Source: Candidatus Latescibacterota bacterium
Lineage (GTDB): Bacteria; Latescibacterota; UBA2968; UBA8231
Assembly: GCA_965197905.1 (NCBI GenBank)
Contig: CBDAOB010000005.1
Location: 2,432,001 to 2,496,000, forward strand
Direction of reading: 5' to 3'
Length of the DNA stretch: 64,000 bases
Part shown: positions 50,314 through 60,025 of the stretch, in pieces
Layout: every line of letters begins with the position of its first letter
How positions within the stretch are numbered: position 1 is the first letter of the stretch
The notes under the pieces: generated by a model
What the model saw: the letters and a program-made list of their open reading frames with translations, nothing else
What the model was told of the DNA's origin: nothing
Databases searched by the model: none
Made by a program: the position numbers and the translations under genes

Positions 50314-50483
50314 TGGAAAAAGAAAAAGAGCAGGCCTGTAAAGACCTGCTCCGGCGGAGCATTTTGGTATGGAAGAGAATCTAGAGTGGGAAAATAGTGC
50401 CCGGAAGAGGAAAATTCATCCGCTGGCAGCCGGAATCACGCAACTCCATTGGACTGCCCTGTCCCCACTCTATAAGTTATTGT

Positions 50484-51103
50484 TTATAATTGATTAATAG
50501 GCGTAACCAGCTCCGTGACCCGGACTCCGAAGTTCTCCGACACGGTGACCACCTCGCCGCGGGCGAAGAGGCGTCCGTTGACCAGGATATCCACGGGATC
50601 CCCCACCTGCTTGTCCAGCTCCACCAGCGATTGCTCGCCCATGTCGGTCACGTCTTCGAGGGTCTTTCGGGTTCGACCGAGCTCGATGGACACCATAAGA
50701 TTTACGTCCATGAGGCGTGCTACGTTGGGAGAAACTCCCGCACCGGCAACCATGGCGCCGCCTGCGTCGCCACCCATGCCACCCCCGGCTCTCCGCCCTC
50801 CTCCTCCATGGCTTTGAGCATTTCGGACTCCATCATGCGCTCCACATCCTCCTGGGAGCTCATGTCATCGCCACCGTCGGTCTCGTCCTCCATCATTCGC
50901 AGCATTTCCTCTGCGAGCGGATCGAGATCTCCGTCTTCGCCGGCCTCGCCGTCTTCGTCCCCGCCGCTTACAGCTTCCTCGAGGGCCTCCATTTCGTCGG
51001 CAACGTCTTCGCCACCCTCGTCACCATCCTCTTCTTCTTCGCTGGCCTCTTCCAGGGATTCTTCCAGGTCGTCGCCCTCATGTACTTCGTCTTCTTCGGC
51101 CAT
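50484..51103 (-). pseudogene. fliN: FliN with acidic N-terminal extension, frameshift near 50790
   Basis: SPOA domain (LMDV...ELGRT...VNG..ARGEVV...FGVR) out of frame with the acidic N-part. Confidence 0.75.
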
Positions 51104-51152
51104 GTCTATATCCTTCTGTGGGTCGCTAGGCTATCTGGCGTTGCCGCTTTTT

Positions 51153-52220
51153 CTAAACCGCGGGAACCGGACGGCTGCGATCCTTGTGCAATTCCTCGTT
51201 AGAGTGATCTACGTACCTGCTTATCTGGACCGCGTTCTTGCGTCCAACCCGACCCGGCCGGCCCAGGAACTTCGGCTCTTCGTTGACGTAGAGGACCGTC
51301 GGCTCATCGATCTCGGTGTCCAGGCGCATGACGTCGCCCACCTGAAGCTCCTGAAGTTCGCGAAACGTCGCTGAACCGCGGGCAAGTTCGGCCCTCAGGG
51401 GAACGTGGGTCTTGCGTAGGCGCGCGCGGTTCATCTGCACCAGCTCGTCTTTGTTCATGCGGTTCGTGCGCACGTAACTCTGTTGACCCAGCCGGGGAAG
51501 AATGGACTCCAGCGTGAAGAAGGGATAGCAGAGACTCACCAGGCCGGAGGCATTGGTGGAGTTCACCTCGAATGCCAAAAGAATGACGATTTCGCTTGCC
51601 GCGGTGATCTGCATGAATTCAGGATTGGTTTCCAGCTCAATATCGGTCACCTCTACTCGCAGAATCGGCTCCCAGGTCGCTTCAAGATCTTCGATGACAC
51701 GTTTGACGATGCGATGAATCACACCGACCTCGATCGGCGTCAGGGTTCGTGCCTCCACTCCCTGGGATGAGCCCTTTCCACCGAAGATCCGATCGACGAA
51801 AGCGAAGGTAACCGGCATGGCGAAATCGATGATCGCCTGACCATTGGTCGGCCCCAGGGTAAACTGGTAGGAACACGACGGGTTCGAGAGCGACATGATG
51901 AACTCGGCATACGTGGTCTGATCAACGAACGCCGTGTCCACATCCACCACCGCGCGCATGGCGCCGGAGAATGTCGAACTCAGCAACCGCGCGAAGTTGT
52001 CGTGCAGATTCTCCAGGGTGCGAAGCTGATCTTTGTTGACCCGCGCCGGATGTTTGAAGTCGTAGCTGGTGACTATGCGCTGCGACGCAGCCTCTTCTAG
52101 GCCGGCATCTCCGCCACCGCCACCACCCATCGCGTCACCACCACCTCCACCACCGGCGTCGTCTCCTTCGGTTGCCGAGAGCAGGGCATCTATTTCGTCC
52201 TGAGAGAGAATATCGGCCAT
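51153..52220 (-). CDS. fliM: Motor switch protein FliM
   Basis: LSQDEIDALL, YDFKHP, ETNP. Confidence 0.95.
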   Translation of the reverse strand: MADILSQDEIDALLSATEGDDAGGGGGGDAMGGGGGGDAGLEEAASQRIVTSYDFKHPARVNKDQLRTLENLHDNFARLLSSTFSGAMRAVVDVDTAFVDQTTYAEFIMSLSNPSCSYQFTLGPTNGQAIIDFAMPVTFAFVDRIFGGKGSSQGVEARTLTPIEVGVIHRIVKRVIEDLEATWEPILRVEVTDIELETNPEFMQITAASEIVILLAFEVNSTNASGLVSLCYPFFTLESILPRLGQQSYVRTNRMNKDELVQMNRARLRKTHVPLRAELARGSATFRELQELQVGDVMRLDTEIDEPTVLYVNEEPKFLGRPGRVGRKNAVQISRYVDHSNEELHKDRSRPVPAV

Positions 52221-52229
52221 AGTTCTACC

Positions 52230-52853
52230 CTATTGTATGATGATGCTAGAGAATTCCACCTGGTCGACGACAACCTGCACCTTGTTGGTGTCATCGATCT
52301 TGAACAGCTTCGAAAACAGATCCGTGTTCAGCTTCTTTTTTATCTCGTCCTTCACCTCGTCGACAAACCCGCTCTCCAGCTGATCGATCGTCTTGGAGCG
52401 AACGATGCTTATGGAGATCGCTCTGATCCGTTGGGTATACTGCGCGAGTTTGGTGTTAACCGGTTCGTTTTCCGCCAGGCCTCCAGTGATATCGTCGCCG
52501 CTTTCCGTATCGGTCGCCCGCAGCCCGAGTATGACGCTCAGGACCACGAATCGCTCGGCGTTGGTACCCGCCGGATTCGCGGGGATATCCATCAAATCCG
52601 GAGACTGGAAGTAGTACGGCAGCGCATTGTCGACGCTCTCGTCCAGTTGGCCGGCTGCAGCCTGTTCTTGAGGAAACAGCTCCTCCTGCTCGTCCTCTGG
52701 CGCATTGTCCTTTAGCGTTACCTGGATGACGACCCAGGCCAGCACCACTTGGGCCAGCAGGACGATCGCTGCCAGCGGGCCGTACTTTTTCAGGGCACTG
52801 CCGCCGCCTCCGCCGCCGCCTCCACCTTCTTCTTCTGCAGCTTCCTCAGCCAT
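52230..52853 (-). CDS. fliL: FliL
   Basis: N-terminal TM, ANPA, C-terminal V.F..IIIQ; between motB and fliM. Confidence 0.8.
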   Translation of the reverse strand: MAEEAAEEEGGGGGGGGGSALKKYGPLAAIVLLAQVVLAWVVIQVTLKDNAPEDEQEELFPQEQAAAGQLDESVDNALPYYFQSPDLMDIPANPAGTNAERFVVLSVILGLRATDTESGDDITGGLAENEPVNTKLAQYTQRIRAISISIVRSKTIDQLESGFVDEVKDEIKKKLNTDLFSKLFKIDDTNKVQVVVDQVEFSSIIIQ

Positions 52854-52877
52854 TCCGATGCCTTCCTTCCGATTGTA

Positions 52878-53657
52878 TCACTCTTCCCCTCGCACTCCCA
52901 GTTCTGCTTCCTGCAGGAATTTCTCCACGCCCTCCTTGGACACGTCCTCTTCGTCTTCGTCGAAGCGTATCTTGATCTCGACCCGGCGATTCTGCGATCT
53001 GTTTTCCGGCGGGTCGTTCTCTACCAACGGTTTGAACTGACCGTGCCCCACCGCCGACAAACGCCGCGGCTCGATGCCCACCTCACCGGCGAATACATCG
53101 AGCACCTGCAAGGCACGAGCGCTGGAGAGCCAGTGATTGTTGCCGAACTCATCGTTCGAGATCGGAACGTTGTCCGTGTGTCCCTCTATTTCGACGGCGT
53201 TTGGCATGCGGCTTATGACAGCACCGATGGTATTCAACAGCGGCAAAATCTCCGGCTTGAGATCGGCCTTTCCGGTATCGAACAACGCCTGGTCTCGTAT
53301 GCGAATGATGACCCCTTCCGGCCCCTGCATAACCTCTACATTTTCCTTTTGGTCCTGCGCTTCGATCTCCTGCTCAATCTCGGCTTGGGCATCCTTCATC
53401 GTCGGACGTGCTTCGGTGATATCGCCCCTGACGATCGGCACATGCATCTTGATCGGCGAGGTCATGATCGGCTCGCCCGCGAGCACGCCAAGAGCGCCCT
53501 GCAGGGCACCGATCGCCTTTTCAAAGTCTTCCTGCGACGTGGTCGAAAATGACAGCAATAGTACGAAAAAGGTCAGCAGCAACGACATGAGATCACTGAA
53601 CGTCGTGATCCATGCAGGCATTGACTTGCAATCAGGACACTTTTGCTGCTTTGCCAT
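52878..53657 (-). CDS. motB: Stator B subunit
   Basis: WITTFSDLMSLLLTFFVLL, GHTD, LS..RA, NRRVEI. Confidence 0.94.
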   Translation of the reverse strand: MAKQQKCPDCKSMPAWITTFSDLMSLLLTFFVLLLSFSTTSQEDFEKAIGALQGALGVLAGEPIMTSPIKMHVPIVRGDITEARPTMKDAQAEIEQEIEAQDQKENVEVMQGPEGVIIRIRDQALFDTGKADLKPEILPLLNTIGAVISRMPNAVEIEGHTDNVPISNDEFGNNHWLSSARALQVLDVFAGEVGIEPRRLSAVGHGQFKPLVENDPPENRSQNRRVEIKIRFDEDEEDVSKEGVEKFLQEAELGVRGEE

Positions 53658-53673
53658 GGCGTGAAACCGTCAG

Positions 53674-54458
53674 CTATTCGCCGCCTCCAGCCGCATCCTC
53701 ACCCGAGGGGCGCATCTTGGGAGCCAGGAACACGGAAAGCTTGTGCTCCACAATGCGCGGATTGTCGCCAGACTGTATGGCCATGATACCCTCGATGATC
53801 ATGCGTTTGGACAGGATTTCTTTCTTCGAATACGTACCCAGCTTCGCGGCAATCGGACCAAATAAGATGTTGGCCATGATGGCACCATACATCGTGGTCA
53901 GCAATGCAAGTGCAATGCAAGTGCCATGCCAGGACCGATAGCTGCGGGGTCGTCCATATTCTTGAGCATGATCACCAGCCCGACCAGGGTGCCTATCATT
54001 CCGAAGGCGGGGGCCGTGTCCGACATACGCGCGATGATATCCTGGCCCAGCTTATGCCGCTCTTCAATGAATTGGAGCTCGGTTTCGAGAATGTCCATGA
54101 TCAAATCCGGCTCGGTGCCGTCCACGGCGAGTCGTACCCCCTGGTTGAGGAACGCGTCATCCGCATCCTCCACCGCTTGCTCCAAGGCCAGGATTCCTTC
54201 CCGGCGCGCGGTCTCGGCAAATCCAACTATCTTCTCGATGAGCTCGGTCGGCACCGGGGTTTTGTTCATGATGGCGTTCATATAAACGCCTACCAGATTG
54301 ATCACCTCGGGCAACGGGTTGGCAATAAGCGTCGCAGCTATCGTTCCCCCGACGACGATCAGAATGGAGGGGACATCGATAAACGCCGACACGTCACCCA
54401 TGGCCACGACAATGAGGGTGAAGGCGGCAACGATTCCTATGATTGTTGCGATATCCAT
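53674..54458 (-). pseudogene. motA: Stator A subunit, frameshifted by an 11-bp tandem duplication
   Basis: ARREGILALE, PAFGMIGT; GCAATGCAAGT x2 at 53901-53922; removing one copy restores ALLTTMYG (257 aa). Confidence 0.92.
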
Positions 54459-54466
54459 AGTGTATT

Positions 54467-54676
54467 CTAGCTCTGTGAAGCCCCACTATACTGGGTCTGG
54501 TGGCACCGTTTGCGGTAATCTATGACCCGCTCGATCACCGTTTCCACCGGTTCGGTGACGGTGATCTTCTTGCCCGAGAGCAGTGTTATAATGGTATCGG
54601 GCACCGAATCGACGAACTCGATCATATCGGCGTTGATCACGAACTCGCTGTTATTGAGCCGCGTGAGTTTGATCAT
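54467..54676 (-). CDS. flbD: Flagellar FlbD/SwrD-family protein
   Basis: MIKLTRLN...IN...IE...PDT.ITL..G. Confidence 0.9.
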   Translation of the reverse strand: MIKLTRLNNSEFVINADMIEFVDSVPDTIITLLSGKKITVTEPVETVIERVIDYRKRCHQTQYSGASQS

Positions 54677-54719
54677 TATCCTGCTGGCCGGGAAAAACGA
54701 CTCGGCCCCTTTCCTATAA

Positions 54720-54727
54720 ATATCGGC
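54720..54727 (-). promoter_or_regulatory. Sigma28-like -10 box upstream of flbD-motAB
   Basis: GCCGATAT in an AT-rich gap; -35 weak. Confidence 0.45.
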
Positions 54728-54818
54728 CTAAATATCAATATCTACTGAATATTATCATCGCCTGCGGGGATTTTCCCGGTCCCGACTAGAAAATCAGGCG
54801 TTACTCAAATATAACGAC

Positions 54819-57587
54819 CTACCGCTTCAAATTCACTAGCTCACTGAGTAGCTCGTCAGAGGTGGTGATGGTGCGAGCACTGGCTTGAAACCCGCGCTGA
54901 GAGAGAATCATATTGGTGAACTGCTCAGCCAGATCGACATTGGACAACTCTATCGCCCCCGAGTGAACACTGCCCTGAACCGTGCTTTCAGCGGCACCGG
55001 TTACGGCCTGACCCGAAGATTCGGTCTCGGTAAAAAGATTCTCGCCTTCGCGGCGCAGCCCTGCCGGGTTGCCGAAGGTGGCCAGGATCACCCTGCCCAA
55101 CTCCTCGGCGGTTCCGTTGCTGAACAAGCCAGTGATATTGCCATTGGACTGTATGTTCACGGATAACAGAGACCCCACCGAGCGGCCGTCCTGTTCCCGA
55201 ACCGACGCTGAGGACGGAGCGACGAACTGGGTGATCCCCCCAAGTCGATCGGTCCGATCTGCCACGATCTCGATCGCCAGGGGCGGGGCGCCGTTGGAGG
55301 GCGAGAAGCCGAGGGGTTGCCCGTCCGACGATACAAAGGTGCGCAGAGTGCCGTCATTGTTGAAGACGGCGCGACCATTGTTGCCCCGAGGCGGGTGTCA
55401 ATCCGTCGACGCTTGCCACCCAACTCCACTCATTATTGACGACACTGCGGGTAAAGGTCACGGTGAGCGAGTGGGATTCCCCCGTTTCATCGAAAACCTG
55501 GGTGTTGGTGCTGAACTCGAACGGGGGATCGCCACCAAATATCCCCGAGGTCGTAGCATCGGTAAGCCCATTGTCCAGCAGGGAGAAACTCACATCGAAC
55601 CCGGTGACGCGCGTCTGGCTGGCCCTCTCGGTGAGAATAATCTGACCGCTGCCTCCCGGATCGAGCGCCACATCAACCCCACCATAGACGTTACCCACCG
55701 CGGTGAACAGGTCGGCAAGGGTTGATGGTGGAGGACCATCGGTGTAGTTGAAGGTTCCGTCAAAACGCTCGCCGTTCGGCTTTACGCCGCTGATACGGAT
55801 GACATCGCCGCGGATGACGCTGGCGCCTGAGGTGACTGGAGGAGACAGGTCTTTGGCGACATTGGCCAGATCGTTTAGTTGATCGCCTACGGTGGCGTTA
55901 TCTCCGGTCGCGGCTGTATTTGTTGTAAACCCAAGGGAGCCAGCGACATTGTCGGGGGTTGCGTTATCCACCTGCACCGTGACGTTGGAACCTCCGGTCA
56001 CGGTCCGCAAGACCAATTGACCCAAATTGTTCGCCTGAAACAGCACCTTGTTCTTGAGGGCCCCGTTGGCATTGATAAGGGCGTTCATTTCTGCGACCAG
56101 CTCGAGTTGATCGGGTAGGGTCGAGAACTGGCGCGCCAGCCTTAGGGTTCGGTGGGTTCCCCATGGCTTTCGCCATAGCCCTCAGTCCGACTCCCATCGC
56201 TACGTTTCCAGTTCCCGCCGCCTCAAACCGGACGTGCGGATCTCCCGCATCCGGCTTCCCGACGAACGTCACATCCAGGCACACGCCACAAGGACTTCAC
56301 CTGGTAGTCAAGCTGCTTCCGATGCATACTAGTCTTACTGCTGGAGGCAATAGGCTCACGCCACTCTCCAACCCTCTGCACTTCCGCAGCATGTCCGAAG
56401 TCAGGCCCCTTCCCTCCACCGGAGTTACCCGGCTTCCTCGGTACTACGCGCCTGTCCGCCACCTCATCCAGCCCAGTCTGGCCCTCGCGGGTTACCGGTT
56501 GGAGGCACTCGCTGCTTCCACCGGATGAGGCTTCCCGTGTTGCGCCACATCTCCTCTTACACACATGCTGTCGCCACTACCCCGGCGGAACAGCTGGGTG
56601 CGCTTGTCGCTCGACTTCCCCAGCTGCAGCGGCCTTCCCTGGTTTACGGGCAGGTCGGCTTCCGCATTACACTTTTCGAGGCCTGCTCAGCGTTTACTCA
56701 CGTTACGGCCTGTGTGCTCGCCAAGTCGCCCAAGGCGACCCTCTACACCGGAGGCTTCAGCGGCTTCGTCGCCTCCACCACTGCTCCGATTGCTACCGGC
56801 TGGAGCGACCCTTGCCGGGTGGGATTCGCACCCACTGAAGATGTGCGCCTTAGCACGGCGCACCGTAAACTTTCGTGGGAATGTTTATCGTGCTCTCGCT
56901 TATTCTACCGCTGTCGTTGACGGTGATTTTCAGGCCGCCACTAGTATGTATGCTTAGATCGAGCGGAAAGGTGGGATTGGTGGTCGTCGTCAACCGCGCC
57001 GGCTTGCCGAAAACCGTGTTGGCGTTCCAGACCTTGCTGCCGCTGCCCTCAGCGCTGGCATCCAGATTTCCGGAGAGATTCACCTTGGCGGTGGCTTTGG
57101 CTTCCGACTCCCGGTCCAGTGGGATAATCAGATCCTCCAGCTCGGACTTGAAGGTGCCATCCTCATTGGCCACGTTGCCCTGAACAACCAGACCGGTACC
57201 GGGATCGTACAATCTGCCGGTGGCGTCGAATCCGAAGGTCCCGTCACGGGTGTAGAACCGATCCGGACCGGTTCCCATGATGAACATGCCGTCTCCTTCG
57301 ATCGCCAGGTCGGTCTCCACGCCCGTCGACTGGAGGGTCCCCTGGGTTACAATGGAGTCGATGCTACTCACCTTGACGCCGAGGCCGGATTGGATCGGAT
57401 TGGTCGCGGCCACCTGCCCCTGACCAGGTCCTCCTTCGCTGAGCGTCCTGCTCATGACATCGGCGAAATTGACGCGGCCCGCTTTGAAGGCGGTCGTGTT
57501 GATATTGGCCACGTTGTTGCCGATGACGTTGATTTTCGCTTGATGGGCGCGAACACCGGTGATTCCTGTAAAAATGGAGTCTAACAT
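54819..57587 (-). pseudogene. flgE: Hook protein FlgE interrupted by a group II intron and a +1 frameshift (55384-55387)
   Basis: IGNNVANINT, DLAIEGDG, YTRDG N-part; ELSNVDLA..F..MI..QRGFQA C-part; spliced and corrected length 673 codons. Confidence 0.92.
56115..56863 (-). mobile_element. ORF-less group II intron (IIB-like), 749 nt
   Basis: 5' GTGCG; domain V GAAGCCGGATGCGGGAGATCCGCACGTCCGGTTT; domain VI ending CGACCCTAC; excision restores the flgE frame. Confidence 0.95.
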
Positions 57588-57737
57588 GCTAGCTACTCCT
57601 CATCCCAATTGGGTGGTTTGAAACCGCCCCTACCGTTCCTCGGGCGGCGGTTCCGATCCACTCACGACCCTCCTTGACCGATCTGTTGCCTGCTGGATGG
57701 TTCAATCTTGCTCGATTCATGTGTGACGTCTGTAACC

Positions 57738-58418
57738 TCAATTTTTCGGCGACGGCTGTACAATGCCGCTCAGTTCTTCGATTCTCAGTTCTCGTCCGTC
57801 CGCCCAGATCCTCGCTTCATTGCCAACGTAGCGCACCGCCTGGACGTCGACCCGCTTGAGTGCGTTTGCCTGCACCGGCTGGCCGCCGGAGGTCTCGGCG
57901 ATTACCAGCGCCCTATATGCACCCGCGGGCACCTCGCTGCCAGCGGTGCTCTTGCCGTCCCACTCCACCGTGCCGTAGGAGTCGGAGACATCGAGATCCA
58001 ACTCGCGCACGAGTGACCCGCGAGCATCTAGAATTCGCAAGCTTGCTTTGCTCGCCCCTTCGGCGATTCGATACGCCAGGTCATTAGCATCGTTGCCGTC
58101 GAACTCGATCTCCGCCGTGGCAATCTCGACGGTCTTTCCAACCAGAGACGTCACCAGGTTGTTCTGAAACGCATTGTGTAGTTGGGTCTCAGCTCCCAGG
58201 TTCTTTTCCAGTCCCGCGTTCATGTTCTGGAGCTGCTCTAGGGAGCTGAACTGCGCCATCTGGGCGATGAATTCGGTGTTCTCCATCGGATTCAGCGGAT
58301 CCTGATAACGCAACTGCACAGTGAGCAACTTGAGAAAATCGTCCTTGCCCAGCTGATCTCGCCCGACCACAGGTTGGGTCGCCGCCGGGCTCTTGTTCAA
58401 AATGCTGCTTACATCCAT
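57738..58418 (-). CDS. flgD: Hook capping protein FlgD
   Basis: LGKDDFLKLL..QL.YQDPLNP, AQFSSLEQ, WDGK. Confidence 0.95.
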   Translation of the reverse strand: MDVSSILNKSPAATQPVVGRDQLGKDDFLKLLTVQLRYQDPLNPMENTEFIAQMAQFSSLEQLQNMNAGLEKNLGAETQLHNAFQNNLVTSLVGKTVEIATAEIEFDGNDANDLAYRIAEGASKASLRILDARGSLVRELDLDVSDSYGTVEWDGKSTAGSEVPAGAYRALVIAETSGGQPVQANALKRVDVQAVRYVGNEARIWADGRELRIEELSGIVQPSPKN

Positions 58419-58455
58419 TTCGACACCTCGTCAGATTTATTTGCGAATTCCATGG

Positions 58456-59538
58456 TCAAGCAAGAAGATCCAAGTCGCCGTTTCCAGCGCCGCGAACCAG
58501 GATTGGACTGCGCCTGTCCCTCTCAACGCCCTCCGCTGTGGCTTCCCGCGCACTCCCTCCGGAGAGATCGCCGCGAGTTTCCGAACCTTCTTCGCTGCGG
58601 GCAAACTGCCCTTCGCGACCTACACTGACGTCGAATCCTTCCATCGCCAGGCCTTGCTCTTCAAGCGACTCCCGCAGCTTATCCAGCTGCGCTTCGACCA
58701 GATGTTTCAGCTCTGAGTGCTGTACTACCACGTGACCGCGAACGGCTGATTCGGTAGTGCGCACCCGGAGCTCGATTTCACCCAGATCGGGCGGCTGGAG
58801 CTGCAGGCGCATCTCGGCGGCGCCGTTGCGAACCAGGGTCGCGATTCCCCGTGTAATCTGGGGCATGATAGTCTCCGCCAGCTCTTTCAACTGTGGGGCG
58901 CTGGCGGCGACCAACTGGCTCAGACGCGTCACGATCTGTCCCGGAGCTTTCTCGATGATCAGATCGGGATCCATAATCTCGTTGAAATCCAGCAACTCAA
59001 GCGGGTTCGGTTGGGGCCGCTGCAATGCCAGCTCGCCCGCCCCCCCTTCCTCCAGCTCGAAAGCCAGTTCCGTTGCCGCATCAGCCAGCAACCGGGCGGA
59101 CTCGCCCTGTTGCTCGTTCCCCTTGGGCGTGCTAACGATCAGAGCGGGATCGATTTTCTGAGCGGGCTGCTCGCCCTCGTTCTCGGGGTTCGCCTCCTCT
59201 GCCGCTACCGCGACTTGCAGCAGAGTAACCAGTGGCACATGACCTGACTCCGCATCCTCTGTGACCTCGGCGACCGCGTCTGCTTGCCCGTCATCACTTG
59301 GTTCGGCTGCGCCGTGCTCGTCGCGCTCAACAGCGACACCGGCGCGATCCTCCTGCGGGATGCGGTTGGTCGCCTTTGGATCGGCGTTGTCCCTTTCGGC
59401 GTGAAGATCCTGCTCTTCTTGTTCGCGCCGGAGAATCTCGTCGAAATCGAATGTGCCAACCCCATTTTGCCGGGACGGCTTGTCCAGCTCCTGAATTCCG
59501 GGCGCTACGGATGCCGCGGCTCCGAATATTTCGAACAT
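58456..59538 (-). CDS. fliK: Hook-length control protein FliK
   Basis: C-terminal LQLQPPDLG.I...L..LRESLEEQG. Confidence 0.88.
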   Translation of the reverse strand: MFEIFGAAASVAPGIQELDKPSRQNGVGTFDFDEILRREQEEQDLHAERDNADPKATNRIPQEDRAGVAVERDEHGAAEPSDDGQADAVAEVTEDAESGHVPLVTLLQVAVAAEEANPENEGEQPAQKIDPALIVSTPKGNEQQGESARLLADAATELAFELEEGGAGELALQRPQPNPLELLDFNEIMDPDLIIEKAPGQIVTRLSQLVAASAPQLKELAETIMPQITRGIATLVRNGAAEMRLQLQPPDLGEIELRVRTTESAVRGHVVVQHSELKHLVEAQLDKLRESLEEQGLAMEGFDVSVGREGQFARSEEGSETRGDLSGGSAREATAEGVERDRRSPILVRGAGNGDLDLLA

Positions 59539-59562
59539 CTATTTGCTCCTCAAACGTTTCAG

Positions 59563-60018
59563 CTATTCGCGTTCGTTCCGTCGACGCAGGTACAGCTGTG
59601 TGCCAACGTCGTCCAGCAGTCTCCGTTCCTGCCGCTTTTGTTCACGCTTGTAGGTTTCCTCCCTCTGCTCCCTCAGGATCTCGAACACGCGACGTTCCTT
59701 GGTCGCCTCCATCAAATCCTTCCGCTTCTCTTCAACCACTGATTCCACCTGTCGGATCTGCTCTTGTTTTTCGCCACATTCCCGTTTCAGCCGCTGCAGG
59801 TAGGATGCCTGCACATCGAGCAGGTTGGCGTTTACCGGAGCCGCCGGTTGGAAACGACCGGCCTGCAGACATCGCCTGCGTGTATCCTGCAGATCCCTGA
59901 GAGTCTCTTCTTCCCGATTGAGAACCGACACCACCTCTCCGAGGGCTGCTTTGCGAGCATCTTCCATGCGTCCCTTGATCTCCAGGACCCGCTGAAAGCG
60001 ATACGCGAACTGCCTCAT
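59563..60018 (-). CDS. fliJ: FliJ
   Basis: F.YRFQRVL..K...E, coiled coil, E...LDD; follows fliI. Confidence 0.88.
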   Translation of the reverse strand: MRQFAYRFQRVLEIKGRMEDARKAALGEVVSVLNREEETLRDLQDTRRRCLQAGRFQPAAPVNANLLDVQASYLQRLKRECGEKQEQIRQVESVVEEKRKDLMEATKERRVFEILREQREETYKREQKRQERRLLDDVGTQLYLRRRNERE

Positions 60019-60025
60019 GAATCAA

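Noticed and set aside
56815..56840. GGTGCGAATCC tRNA T-arm-like motif
   Set aside because: It is a hairpin at the start of intron domain I, with no cloverleaf around it.
55964..56957. Short ORFs within the intron as a reverse transcriptase or transposase
   Set aside because: All are about 130 aa or shorter with no YADD or DDE motifs; they are incidental frames over ribozyme sequence.
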